Below, piece by piece: positions 38,105 through 53,940 of a stretch of DNA of 64,000 nucleotides (position 1 is the stretch's first letter; every line of letters starts with the position of its first letter). The notes beneath the pieces were generated by a model that searched no databases, was not told where the DNA came from, and saw only the letters and a list, made by a program, of their open reading frames with translations. The DNA comes from Octopus sinensis. Taxonomy: Eukaryota. The DNA is taken from assembly GCF_006345805.1 (NCBI RefSeq), contig NC_042997.1:21204001-21268000 (forward strand). The letters are read 5' to 3'. Both the position numbers and the translations under genes were made by a program.

Positions 38105-38350
38105 ACATTATTTACATTATTTACATTTGACGGATATTTGTCTTCATCTTGTTTGTTATTAACACAATGTTTCGGCTGATATACCTTCCAGCCTTCATCA
38201 GGTATCTTGGGGAAATTTCGAACCTGGGTTCTCATTTGTGAGGTATTTTTTGTTGATGTTGTTGCTGTTGTTATGTAGGTCACTGCCTGGAATCGAACTC
38301 GGAATCTTGAGGTTAGTAACCCGTGCTTTTAACCACTACGCCATATGCCC
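38105..38350 (-). mobile_element. SINE-like element: tRNA-derived head + (AAC)n + hammerhead-containing tail
   Basis: Minus strand GGGCATATGGCGTAGTGGTTAA (A box) ... GAGTTCGATTCC (B box) at 38278-38350, then an HHR at 38161-38206 and a (TGTAAATAA)n-type tail. Confidence 0.75.
38161..38206 (-). ncRNA. Minimal type I hammerhead ribozyme
   Basis: GATAC-CTGATGA-A-GGCTG-loop-CAGCC-GAAA-CATT-GTGTT. Confidence 0.75.
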
Positions 38351-38351
38351 G

Positions 38352-38412
<61 letters not shown>

Positions 38413-38416
38413 TAAT

Positions 38417-38904
38417 ATTGGAAGTGTTATCATGTACATTGTTTTGTCTTGGTATAAAAGCTGGGCTACAGCAAATATTCTGCTCAATACCACAGATTTG
38501 CTTTTCAGTTGTTTGACCTTAACCAGTTGAGCATGTCCCTTAGTGGCTGACGATATGTGCAGAAGTAGTGGGGGAGCATCATAGCCATGTGTTGAGAGGG
38601 ATTCTTTGGGGTTTGAATAATTCACCTCTGGAAACATGGGTGGTTCTTTCAACATCCTTAAACAACCCTTATTCAGGGACCTTTTGAGCGGGATGGGCTA
38701 CTCAACCTGAAGAAATTTCTAACTGGGCCCCACCTGCAAGGTCATGTGCTGTTTATCTTGATATGAGATCACCATGTCGCGCACATATGGTTGTGATACA
38801 TGTGCCTGGTGTACCCTTAACAGACAGGTAGTCATGATGGGTATATTGGGCTTCGTATATTTTACCCCAGTGTCACTTTGATGGCATGAACTGCTCTCTC
38901 ACTC
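38417..38904 (+). mobile_element. (TAA)n-embedded interspersed repeat, probably the 3' end of a TAA-targeting retroelement
   Basis: Highly similar to the reverse complement of 63311-63838; both copies are flanked by (TAA)n in the same relative orientation. Confidence 0.8.
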
Positions 38905-39059
38905 AATAATAAAATAATAATAATAATAATAATAAAGTCAAACATAAAATAATAATAATAATAATAATAAACAATAATATATAATAATAATAATAATAAT
39001 GATAATAATAATAATATATAATATATATATATATATATAATAATATATATATAATAATA

Positions 39060-39131
<72 letters not shown>

Positions 39132-39189
39132 CAAATAAACAAATAATAATAATAAACAATAATAAACATTTACTGCAGTAATTTCGCAA

Positions 39190-41908
<2,719 letters not shown>

Positions 41909-42119
41909 AACTTAATCTTGTCAAAAATAAAAGTATGAGTGTGTCTAACTAGAGACAATTATATCTCAGACAAAAAGACAACAAAATGACGCGTAAATTA
42001 TGCCAGGTTAATAGTTTGTGTGTCATGAAGTAACGAAGATACCTAAAGATTGTAACATGTCACAACACTTTAGTTAATAACAAATAAAATGAGGTGATCC
42101 TAACCTTCAGCACGTGATC

Positions 42120-42740
42120 TATATGCAGCTTAGACAGCTTACAACAAACTTGTTATGATTCCGTGAAAAAATATTGGAAACATTCTTCATTTTTGCCGAT
42201 CTTGTGCCCTTCAGTAGCATAATCACCGTCGCTACATCTGCCAAGAAAGCAATATCGTACCCCAACCTCCTAAATATGGAGGAGACACAACTTGAACGTT
42301 TAAAACCGAGTCATAAGCTAGGATTAACCATTAGTGAGGATCTCTTCCGACGAATGCACATCTTCATCATAACTTTGATAACATTATATTGGCTAATTAT
42401 TCTCCTCTGGCCCGAAAAATACTGAGAACAACAAAATCATTAAACCTGTACAAAACGAATTTGAATCCGATAATGGAATATTACTTTCGTTTCATGTTTG
42501 TCCCCCATATTATGTCCATGCTACTCAGACAAAGCACTACGCCCAGTATCCCGCTCCTTAAATGTCAATTCTTTGGCTGGGTAACGCGCACGACTCCCCT
42601 ACAGCCATCAATGGATAACTATACCAAGTAAACGTTTTATGAATCTCACAGTGAACCTTCCAGATAATGGACTCTGCCCATCTCTTTAGATCAAATCTGG
42701 AAAAAAGGAATATAAATTTTTTGACATTGAAATAAATACA
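42120..42740 (+). mobile_element. Old CR1/L2-group LINE remnant (RT C-terminal region)
   Basis: Fragments KLGLTISEDL..RMHI and LYKTNLNPIMEYY resemble the LG...DL.W..HI and LYK..IRP.MEY motifs. Confidence 0.5.
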
Positions 42741-43371
42741 GGTAATCATGACTGTATCTCAAACAATGAATTTTCATAAAGGTAAAACAGAGCTAATATT
42801 TCTCGTAATGTCAACAGCGCAACATAAGTGAGTGGCGAAAATGATGGCTTCACATTTGTGTCATGATATATCGAGAAGAACTCTCGAAAATATTTATAGA
42901 ATATATCAACTAGCATTTTAAGGAAAGTTCCGTAGCAGATTATATAATCATTTTGCGATCCAAATTACAATATAGAATGCAATTATTTCTATCTAAATTT
43001 TATTTGGTATCCTGTTCTCTTTCGTTTAACCAAACTCATTTTATGATAACGTTATTATAACAGAGAAATGTAATTCAATCGAATGCAAATAGAGTTATAA
43101 GCATATATCGAGTAGACTTTCTCATACATCCGTGTTATCCTATTTACTAAGAAATAATCTCTTTCCTCGTACATATTGCATTTAATACATCAGAGTGATA
43201 ACGCCAGATACTTTTACATTATTACGTGGTAAAGTAGCACATCACTGTTTTGTGGACAGCTTTTTGGATTGCTGTCTAACCCATCCTTAACATTCAATAA
43301 TTATTAGTTTTCAGCCTCTTGTATACTACTATAAATTTCACCAACAGCTAATGTAAAATGACCAATATATT

Positions 43372-43409
43372 TATCTTTTACTTGTTTCAATCATTCAAGT
43401 ATATATAGT

Positions 43410-43459
<50 letters not shown>

Positions 43460-43593
43460 ACGGACTTCGTTCAGTTTCCGTTTACTTAGGGTCATAACAG
43501 AAGTTATTTGCCCAAATTACCACGCTGTGGAACTGAGCCCAGAACCTTGTGACTGGGAAGCAAACTTCTTACCACTCTGCCACGCCTGCACCT
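43372..43593 (-). mobile_element. CORE-type SINE, internally deleted and split by (TA)n
   Basis: Minus head AGGTGCAGGCGTGGCAGAGTGGTAAGAAG..., tail TGATTGAAACAAGTAAAAGATA. Confidence 0.7.
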
Positions 43594-43729
43594 ATATCAA
43601 CCAATATATCAACATGACTATAAGTTAGGATCTTAGTGAATTCTGATCCTTTATCAAAACTTTTGGTCGTTGATATCATGGATCCTTCTAATGACACATA
43701 ACACACACCAGACCTTATCGGAGTGATAT

Positions 43730-43945
43730 AAATTGGTTTGAAATTTTAACAAGACCAGTAATTGAGGGACCAAGTGAGGCGCTAAGTCAATTACATCGAC
43801 TCCAGTGCTCAAACTGCTACATATTTCATGGACCCCAAAAGGATGAAAGGCAAAGTCAATCTTGGCAGAATTTGAATTCAGAACGGGATAAAATGTCTCT
43901 AAGCATTTCGCCCGGCATGTTAACGATTCTACCAACTCGCTGCCT
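43730..43945 (-). mobile_element. Meta-like SINE
   Basis: AGGATGAAAGGCAAAGTC core and ...GATTCTACCAACTCGCTGCC head on the + strand. Confidence 0.82.
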
Positions 43946-43952
43946 CCTCACA

Positions 43953-44079
<127 letters not shown>

Positions 44080-46541
44080 CATTTATTTATATATATTTAG
44101 ATTTATTCGCAATTTTCCAAAGATAGATCTAACTTGAATCTATGTTGTGTGTGTGTCTGAGTGTGAGTGTGTGTGTGTGTGTGTATGTATGCGTGTGTGT
44201 GTGCGTGTGTGAGGGGATGATTTTCGCACATGTACATAAGGTCTTAAGAAAAAGAATTGAATGTTAAGAAAAAGATGTAGTAAAGGGAAAGATAATTTAA
44301 CGAATGTAAAGAAGACGAAAAGGAAATTAAAAATGATGTCACGCCTCTAAATATTTACTTTGCAACTTTTTGCCTCCTCAAGGATGATCTCATTGATTTT
44401 TTCGGAGTAACTGAACTTTATTCCGCAATTTTAGATTTCATTCTCGCATCTAATCTTCGGTTTTTCAATTTATATTTTTCAGCAAGTTCCCTTTCATAGT
44501 TAGCATCCGTTACACTCCCGCATTATATAGTTTTGCTTTCTATTTCTTTACTCTTACTAAAATCCTACTTTGTTTTTCTTTTTATTGTGTGTGTGTGTAC
44601 TCATTTCTTTACGCTCAATTATTTATACAAATATTTCGTGTTCTAAGTTTCATTTTCCCATCTCCATATAATATCTAAATCAATTTTTACTCCTTTTCTT
44701 ACCTTTTCTTCTACTATCTTTCTCTTCCTAACAGACAAATTCCTTTTCTCCATGTGTTTATTTATGTTATATATAATGATATAACGCTTACATAATCTAA
44801 CGGTAAGATGATGTATTTTTTCAATCTTATCCAATTAAAAATTATCTCGATAATCAAATATATTCATCGTATATCTTCTAAATGTGATTAATATATAACA
44901 GTTTTCATAATAGTCCGAAGACCAGGAAGAGAAATTTGGTATAATGATTTGTGAAGTAAATCCCCTTCAATGGAAAAAGGAACATCTGATGACTTAATCA
45001 AGTCCAGAGGAAGTTAAGAGCCTCGGTTACCGTAAATAGTCTTTTCACACATGTCATGTGATAAGGATTATTAAAGCAAACCCTAATTTATGTACAAGAA
45101 TATGACAAAACTTAAGATGAGAAGATCAAAATGTGATGTTCGCAGCTTGATCAGGAGCCGAAAATAGAACTCCGTAGAAGAGAATAATTCACTTCCGATA
45201 GTATGATATTCAACATTTCGTAATGAGAGTCAGTGTCAACGATCAATGAACTTTGATAAGTGTGTGAAAAGCTAGAAATTTGTATACAGTTTTGTAGTAT
45301 GTCGAAGGCTCATGTAGATGCTTTCTAAGTTGGCTCAATATTTCATTTAGAGACATTAGGCATTAAAAACGAATTTTATTTTGTCTTTAATTATTTTCAG
45401 GACGTCGTCAAAGAAGTATAATTTTGTTTCAAATCAATGCTATCACATTTAAGCTTGCATATTTTATAACAAGTTAACAACTACTTCTCCCGTTAATGTT
45501 TGTGGTCAACTAACATTCTAATCCCATTAAATGCATGCGGCTTGCTCGGCGCACATCCAAGAGAATCAGCAGCGGAATAAACTTCATTGCTTCCCAATCT
45601 GAGAATTCTAGGCAATAGATAACATCAAAGAAAATTCGATCGCTGTTATTTATGATGATTAGTAGTTCTAGAATGGAGAATCACGTAAAATTACACTTTG
45701 ACGTTACTATAGAAGAGCTACAATTCATACTATATTAGAATGCTGATATCAAACTTCTGTTAAAATTAAATGCATTGCCACCATAGCAAGCAGCCTTTGC
45801 GATTTCGCTCAGACACATAAATGCATTTCCTCTTTGGTAGTTTTATCAATGGATCTCCTTTGTTGGTACAGAATTAACGATTTAAGATGACGTACCAGTA
45901 AATAAACCTACTTTTCTTATTATTTTTAAAAGAATAATAAAGTATACACACAAAAAATATAAATCTGTATCAGCAAAATAGAGGGTACCCTCTCACTATC
46001 TTTCTTTCTCTTTATATATATATATATATATCATGTGTGTTTGTAAATGTATTATATATAGTGTGTGTGATTGTGCGTGTATTTATGTGTGTGTGAATGT
46101 GATTGTATGTGTGCCTGTAAGCTTGAAGGACAAAATAGGTATGTAATTAAGACTGATTGATAAAAACATATGGCAATGAATTCATGTGTCAAGAGTTTAT
46201 ATAAAAATAGTAGACGTTTCTTTCCGTCGTATAAAGAGACTTAATTGCATATTCTTCTATTGATTTAACGATCGGGTACTGGTGTCAAATCAATCGACAA
46301 TGCTACATGCGATAAATTGGTGGTTTATCAACGGACGGTGAAATTCTATTCCTCAAATCGTTTAATGCTTTCGAATTGTGAAATAAATACCTAAACACGC
46401 TCTCCACACACACATATATATATATACACACATTGACTTAGATATATTGATATGTACTTCGATACACACACACACACACATATATATATATTTATATATA
46501 CATAATTATGTGTGTATGTATGTATGTATATGTATATAAAT

Positions 46542-46615
<74 letters not shown>

Positions 46616-48434
46616 AATACATATATACATATATATATAAACATATACGTCTACACACGCATACATACACACACATGCATATATATATGTTTACTTACAT
46701 ATGTATATCTAGATTCACATTCGCACATATAAATATACATTGATATATGTACACAGGTACACATATAGTGTATTCAAAAAATAGGGTAGCTTTGAGTTCA
46801 GTAAATAGGAAGGTAATATTGACCATGTAGGCAGCGGTAACACCATATTCATAATTCAGAAGAACAGCTAATACACCCACAAACACGCAGATATACAAGC
46901 ATATGCACATATACAAACACTCACACACATACACTCTCTCTCTCACACACACACACACACTTACATCGCGACACATACTATCCATGCATAATCATAAACA
47001 GCTATACAGGGAAAACACAGAAATACAGAAAACGCGATGAAGGAATAGAGAATGCGAGTACCCGCAACAAAAAGAGGGGCAGAATCAGAGAGTTTGAGGC
47101 GAATATTCATACCATGCTGCTGCAGAATTTGAAAATGGATCGCGGTTCTCTAAATTGTCGGGTTCGCTTACCATCACCGTATTATGTTACACTGAATATG
47201 GAAATGTCGTGGAGAGTGGTCAGATAAATTGAAGTGGCTGGCTATGGTTTCTCAGCGTGGTATTGTGGACTTCGTGAAGATTCCCATCTAAGCAATAATT
47301 CCAATAGCAGTTAATATTACCTATTCATAAAGAATTGTGGACGCGGCATGCTATAGAAAATTGTAAAAATAGCCGAAATTATTCGATAATTAAATTGTCT
47401 ATCTCAGTCCTTGTATACTTGTGATATGGAGAATGAAATGACAAGTTTATCATAGTATGCGGGAGGAGCTGATACTAAATATGTTTAAGGACAAAAGAAC
47501 CTTTTACAAAAGGGTCATAATTTATCATTGTTAACGTCTCAAGTAAGCATTTATCCAGATTATTAAACTACCAAATTAAAATTTTCTGTTCAGGAATGTG
47601 TAGAGCACTAGAATTTATCAGCCGTGCAAGTCGTTTTATGTTAAACACATCTACAGTTAATAACACTTGTATAACGTCATTTTCAGATATTCCAAGAAAT
47701 TCTATATTATTTTTACACGTTTATGATGTTGGAAATCCGAGATCAGCTAGCTAAACAAGTTGAATGTCTTTTAATCTTAGAAATTATTACAAAAAAATAA
47801 GCCATGACAACTATCTAAGCTGGAAACCTGTTTACAAATATAATCTCAGTGGAAGCCATCTGGATCACCTGTAGGAAGATCAGAAGGAATAATGTATCGC
47901 AACATATTCGGTTTGAATCACAAGAAAAGATATAAGGAAACGCAGTTCACTTGGCTCTAAATGTCACGCACGTCATAACAGATTTATTTATATTGGATTC
48001 AATGATATGAAAATGGAACTAAAAGAAATATTTTAAATCTTTATGCAATTATTATATTCGAGAATCTGTGTGTTTATTTTTCTCTTCACTTTCCGTTCAA
48101 ATTCAACTCATACGTTTAACATAATAGTCAGAGCATTTTAGTATAACAGCATTATTATCAACTCTTCATTCTTTTTGTCTTCGTATTCTTAACATCTATC
48201 TTTCTATATTTTATTTTATTTTATATAAACAAGTATTTTAATCCATAGACAAACGTACAATAAACACACACACATATTCATACAATTATAGACACGTATA
48301 CATTAAGATATATATAGGAGCGCGTGTGTATGTGTGTGCGTGTATCTATGCATGTACACACACATATGTATATAGATATATAGATATTTTTAGGCATATA
48401 TATGTATATATATATATATATATTATATATATAT

Positions 48435-48470
<36 letters not shown>

Positions 48471-48874
48471 CACGATGTTTTGAGTTGGAAGAATACTGAC
48501 ATTATATATTTAAAGAACTAAAAGATAGTATTTTACAATATATATCCTACTTTGGGATTGCTGAAAGTTCAAAGTCATAATGACATGCTTTAAAAAGTTT
48601 ATAAAGGCAAACGACTAGATTGAAAAGTAATCTGAAACAGCTTTGCACGATTTTTGTCAGACAATTGTTGACTTAAAAACACAACTTTCGTCTTTGTTGT
48701 TATATTGAAGTTTCGGATTACAAATGAGGACTTTTCCCGCGTATTATTTCTATGAGACTACTAGCATCAAATTGGAGTAAAGAATCACACAGTTAATAAG
48801 TATAAATTCTGACTAAGTTTTAACCAACAAATTGTTTTGTGAATATGAAAGGTTTTGAGAGATTTAAAAGTTTC

Positions 48875-50091
48875 TGGGGTTTTTTTTTAACAAAGCTCGT
48901 ACCGATTTTTAAAGGAAATGGAAAGGTCAATAAATATTTGCCATTACATTTTTAATCAACCAAATATGAATCATTTTGTTGCACAATGCGTCTCCATCTT
49001 TCCTTTAACTTGAAAATACCCTCTTCCCAGAATTGTGGTGGATTCATGGCAAAGAATTCATCAAGTTACCTTATTACGTCATCCAAGGAATTGAAATTTT
49101 TACCATTAAGACTATTCTGCAGAGACCTGATAAGTGGAAATCCGAAGGAGCAATATCTGGTGAATATGGTGGGGTAACTCATCCCAGCTGAACTGCAGCA
49201 ATTTTTATCTGGTTCCCAAAGAAACGTGATGTCTTGCATTATCATGTTGGAAAACAACACCCTTCCTGTTGGCCAATTCTGGACGTTTCTCTTGAATTGC
49301 TGCTTTTAACTCATCCATTCGTGTGCAGTATCTCTCAGAATTAATTGTCTGGTTACTTGGGAGAAGCTCATAGTACAGAATTCCTTTCCAATCCCACCAA
49401 AGCAAGACTTTTTTAGAATGAAGACCCGCTTTTGGGGTAGCTAAGGGTGGCTCATGTCGCTTACTCCAGGATCGTTTTCTCTGAACATTTCGGTAGATAG
49501 TCCATTTCTCATCAACTGTCACAATTTGCTTTAAAAAAGGTGCGTTTTCATTCCGTTTATAAAGCGAATCACAGATGGAAATGCAATCCAAAAGGTTCTT
49601 CTCACTCAACTCATGTGGTACCCAAACATCGTTGCGATTTGTGTACGCAAGCTTTACCAAGTGCTCATGAACGACGGATTTTGATAGGTTGAGACTTTCT
49701 GCCAATACTCGGGTTGTGCAATGTGGGTTATTCTCAATTAATTACTTGATCTGTAGTCATCATCTGTAGTGAATGGTCTGCCTGATCGCTCTTTATCAAT
49801 AAGGCTACAATCTCCGGCTCGGAACCTTGCGAACCACTTCCGTACAGTTCTTTTGGATAAAAAACATCACCGTAAACTGTGCAGCAAGTGCCGAAAATGA
49901 ACTTTCTTATCTTCCAATTTAAAGGGTTGCAGAATTAACACAGGTTATATAAACCCTCTTCCACGAAAAGATAGCTTAAACTGTGCTCTAAATGAAGATG
50001 TATTCAAATCCTATTTTATGGACTCAACCATGTTCTAAAATATGTCGAAATTTAACCTACTAAATCGGCACGAACTTTCCGGACAACCCAA
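48875..50091 (-). mobile_element. Decayed full-length mariner
   Basis: TIR TTGGGTTGTCCGGAAAGTTCGTGCCGATTT with TA at the right end and a degenerate copy at the left; ORF 49205-49705 has WVPHEL, TVDEKW, HDNARHH. Confidence 0.92.
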
Positions 50092-51116
50092 TATATCGTT
50101 TAGTTTTCTGAAAAAGTAAAATTTTAAATTGACTCCAAGCTTCAATTCACAATGAAATTTGTACTTGAATCGTTGGAGTGAAGTTAAGGTAGGCGCGTTT
50201 TTACTTTGTGCCTTGATTGTTTTACGGATAAGACAAGCCATTTCTCGTGAGGATATTGAAAATCAGAACGTAGCTCCTAAATAAAACTTTAATGATACAG
50301 AAGACTAAAATAGTGAATATTGTTATATAAATATAATTTATCAGGACTAGGCTAATAATTGTAGCATTATCTAATTATTTCATAAATATAGCTGAATATA
50401 GATAAATAGCAGATTCTACTATTTAGAAAACGTTATATAAAATTACAACATTGAATTTCTGAATTTGTTAATACATTTAGGAGGACATAAATTTTGATTC
50501 TCACAAAATGTATTTCTTGTAATAAAAGCTTATTAAGTATCAGGAACATCTGATAAACAGATTTAGTTTTGAGAAGCAGCTATGTTTTTATCGGTATTCT
50601 TCAAAATGAAATTTCTTTGCCTTAGTTAGTGGAGGTGGAGATTGTGGAAGAATGACAGCTAATCTCAGGTCATTTAATTGACATATATACAAAATATTCT
50701 GAAAGAGTTTTCAAAACAGATAAAGGCTTATGACGAATTAATTCATCTTTAGAAACAGTTTATCTAGTATTCTAGCAAAGAACTTACACACCACTACAAA
50801 GTTGACATTGAAGATAAGATTTTCAACGAGTGCTTGAACATGTATCTTAAATTATATGTAATTAAACGATAGAGGAATGTTTCAATATACTTTATATACT
50901 TCCTGGCTAGAAACAAATGACTAACTCCTATTTTGGTATAAGCATATATCTTCATACATATAGTAGAGTATTTGTGTTAGAATTAGCATTGTGTGTGTGT
51001 GTATGTGCGCGCGCGCCTGTGTATGTGTGAGTGTGTGTGTATGTGTGTGAGTGAGTGTACGTAATTTCTTTTTTGCACACACACGCACACACACACATAC
51101 ACACACATGTATATGT

Positions 51117-51330
51117 TTTATCTTTGTCATGCTGAAGCACCACCCTTCACTGTAATTCGGTTTCTTTTCTGTATTGTTGTTTCTGGTGGAGCTGCGAATT
51201 GCACACATTTGCACTTCTCTGTACCTCCTGCTGTAATGTGGATTAATCCGATATCTCAAAAATTTGTCCAGACATTCTTTAAATACCTCCACATCGACAT
51301 CTCACAAATCCCTGAAGCAGTTTTGGTAGA
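51117..51330 (-). mobile_element. CR1-group LINE 3'-end remnant
   Basis: EVFKECLDKFL and tail GGTGGTGCTTCAGCATG, similar to the end of the 4846-8240 LINE. Confidence 0.6.
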
Positions 51331-51629
51331 ATGCAATTTAGTAGATCATATCATGATCAACATGTCGATGGCCATGGCAAAGTCAAGATATATCACATCC
51401 ACAACTGAGTAATTGAGAGGTACTCAATCATAATACTGTAGTAGTTGCATTAGGCAGCTCCTCCCTGGACGGAAGCCATGTTGTGTTTTGAGCTAGTTAT
51501 TTTCTTCTAGGAAAGTGAACAGCCTCATTCAGGCAATGAGTTCCGTGACCAGTAATTTGTAGCATGTATGTATGTATGTATGTATGTATGTATGTATGTA
51601 TGTATGTATGTATGTATGTATGTATGTAT

Positions 51630-52850
51630 GCATATCATTATTCAGTTTTATTTCAATATTTCTTACCAAGTTTTCTTGCCAACAGAGAAAGAGTCGGTTT
51701 CTAACCTGGATCCAAGGCTCCCTCATTGGAATTTCAACATCAACAACAGGGTATTTTTGTTTTTATGTATGTATGTTTATGTGCAGATTTGTATGTTTTG
51801 TTTTATATATATATATTCTCATGCATATAGTTGCATATTTAGACATGATCATATATATTTAAACTTCTGGAAAGTTTTACTGATTTTTACAGTTCCAGTG
51901 ATGAATTGGATCTCTACACTTCGAATTAGCTTTCTCCTTTCTGGTTTGGAGGAGCTTAATTACTCAAGATCGGTATTTAGGCAGTGTATTAGTATTCGAG
52001 GGCCCCCATAATTACAGGTATAAACGTGAACTTGTAATCTGAATATAATAACTGCAGAATTCTCAATAGTTCAGCGTAGGTATTCAATTTTTCACTGATC
52101 TTCAGCTGTATGTTAACATCAGCTGGGCAGCTAAATGTATGTATGTATGTATATATTTATGTATGTATGTATGTATGCATATATTTATGCATGTATGTAT
52201 ATATGTATGTATTATGTATGTAGTATGTATGTATGTATGCATATCATTATTCAGTTTTATTTCAATATTTCTTACCAAGTTTTCTTGCCAACAGAGAAAG
52301 AGTCGGTTTCTAACCTGGATCCAAGGCTCCCTCATTGGAATTTCAACATCAACAACAGGGTATTTTTGTTTTTATGTATGTATGTTTATGTGCAGATTTG
52401 TATGTTTTGTTTTATATATATATATTCTCATGCATATAGTTGCATATTTAGACATGATCATATATATTTAAACTTCTGGAAAGTTTTACTGATTTTTACA
52501 GTTCCAGTGATGAATTGGATCTCTACACTTCGAATTAGCTTTCTCCTTTCTGGTTTGGAGGAGCTTAATTACTCAAGATCGGTATTTAGGCAGTGTATTA
52601 GTATTCGAGGGCCCCCATAATTACAGGTATAAACGTGAACTTGTAATCTGAATATAATAACTGCAGAATTCTCAATAGTTCAGCGTAGGTATTCAATTTT
52701 TCACTGATCTTCAGCTGTATGTTAACATCAGCTGGGCAGCTAAATGTATGTATGTATGTATATATTTATGTATGTATGTATGTATGTATGCATATATTTA
52801 TGCATGTATGTATATATGTATGTATTATGTATGTATGTATGTATGTATGT
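51630..52850 (-). mobile_element. Two tandem 609-bp copies of an RLE non-LTR retrotransposon 3' end in (CATA)n
   Basis: Minus strand SCPADVNIQLKISEKLNTYAELLRILQLLYSDYKFTFIPVIMGAL followed by a 3' UTR; copies are offset by 609 bp and look identical. Confidence 0.85.
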
Positions 52851-53199
52851 ATGTATGTATGTATGTATGTATGTATGTATGTATGTATGTATGTATGTAG
52901 GTATGTCTTTACACAGATATACACACACACATATTAGTTAATTAGTTAACTTCATTCGTTTCTTACTTAGTTAGTTGGAAATTGTACAGTGTATTTGACA
53001 TATGCAAGCTCATATTTGTAATACTAATACAAAAACTTGATAACATCTTGGAGCCTTTAAACGATTGTTTTAGATAAATACAAAGTAGAAGAGCTTTGAG
53101 AAGAGTGAGGAGACAGCTGATAAAATGGACTAAAATTTACGTGTATGCGGCATGCTAATTCAAAACAAAACATGTTATAACCGTAGAAATAGAAACATA

Positions 53200-53568
53200 A
53201 TTCCACTGAGGTCGTCTTTGCCTTTCATCCTTTCAGATCGATAAATTAAGTACCAGTCGTGTACTGGAGTCGATGCAATTGACTGGCCCCCTTCCCAAAG
53301 TTTTCGGGTATTGTGCCTAGAGTAGAAAAGAATATTAAAGTTTAGGTTAAGGTGGCTAGCTGGCAGAATCGTCACCGTGCCGAACAAAATGCTTAGCAGC
53401 ATTTTGTCTGTCTTTATGTTCTGAGTTCAAGTGCTCCCAAGGTCGACTTTACCTTTTATCCTTTCGAGGTCGATAAAATAAGAACTAGTTCAGCACTGGG
53501 TCTATGTAATCGACTTATCGCCTACCCCGAAATTGCTGGTCTTGTGCCAAAATTTGAGATCAATATTA
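53200..53568 (+). mobile_element. Two adjacent Meta-like SINEs (headless copy, then full copy)
   Basis: Core CCTTT(C/T)ATCCTTTC..TCGATAAA twice; head AAGGTGGCTAGCTGGCAGAATCG at ~53349. Confidence 0.85.
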
Positions 53569-53576
53569 ATATTCAA

Positions 53577-53940
53577 GTTTTTTTTTTAAACATTTATTTA
53601 TGATTGTAAAATAATAACGGAAAATAAACTGTTGATATTAATTTTACCTTATGTTGTGTGAGGGAGGAAAAAAACAGCAGAAAAAGAAGCAAAAGGGAAA
53701 AAGAAATACAGAGACCTTACCTGTTGACCGAGGCGGGATGAGCAATCACTGTCCTTATCGTGAAGAAAAGCACGTTGTTCCACACTCGCCTTCTCTCATC
53801 CAAATGCCCCCACGTCCTTTCTGCCCGCGCATGCCCCCGTGGCTCTTCCGCCGGCCCCAGCAGTCTTCACTTCCGTTTACCTCAGCAGCAATCCTCTCCA
53901 CCAACACCACATAACTTATCACAGCCCATAACACCACAAA
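53577..53940 (-). other. Probable retrotransposed 3' end (GC-rich body, AATAAA, oligo-A)
   Basis: Minus strand ends ATAAATAAATGTTT then an A-run (53577-53600); the body is much more GC-rich than its flanks. Family unknown. Confidence 0.4.

Noticed and set aside
38278-38350. Functional tRNA gene
   Set aside because: Acceptor and T stems pair poorly; it reads as a SINE head.
51680-51750. Hammerhead-like CCAATGA...GAAAC on the minus strand
   Set aside because: The core is not CUGANGA, stem I and NUH are unconvincing, and it lies in an RLE-LINE 3' UTR.
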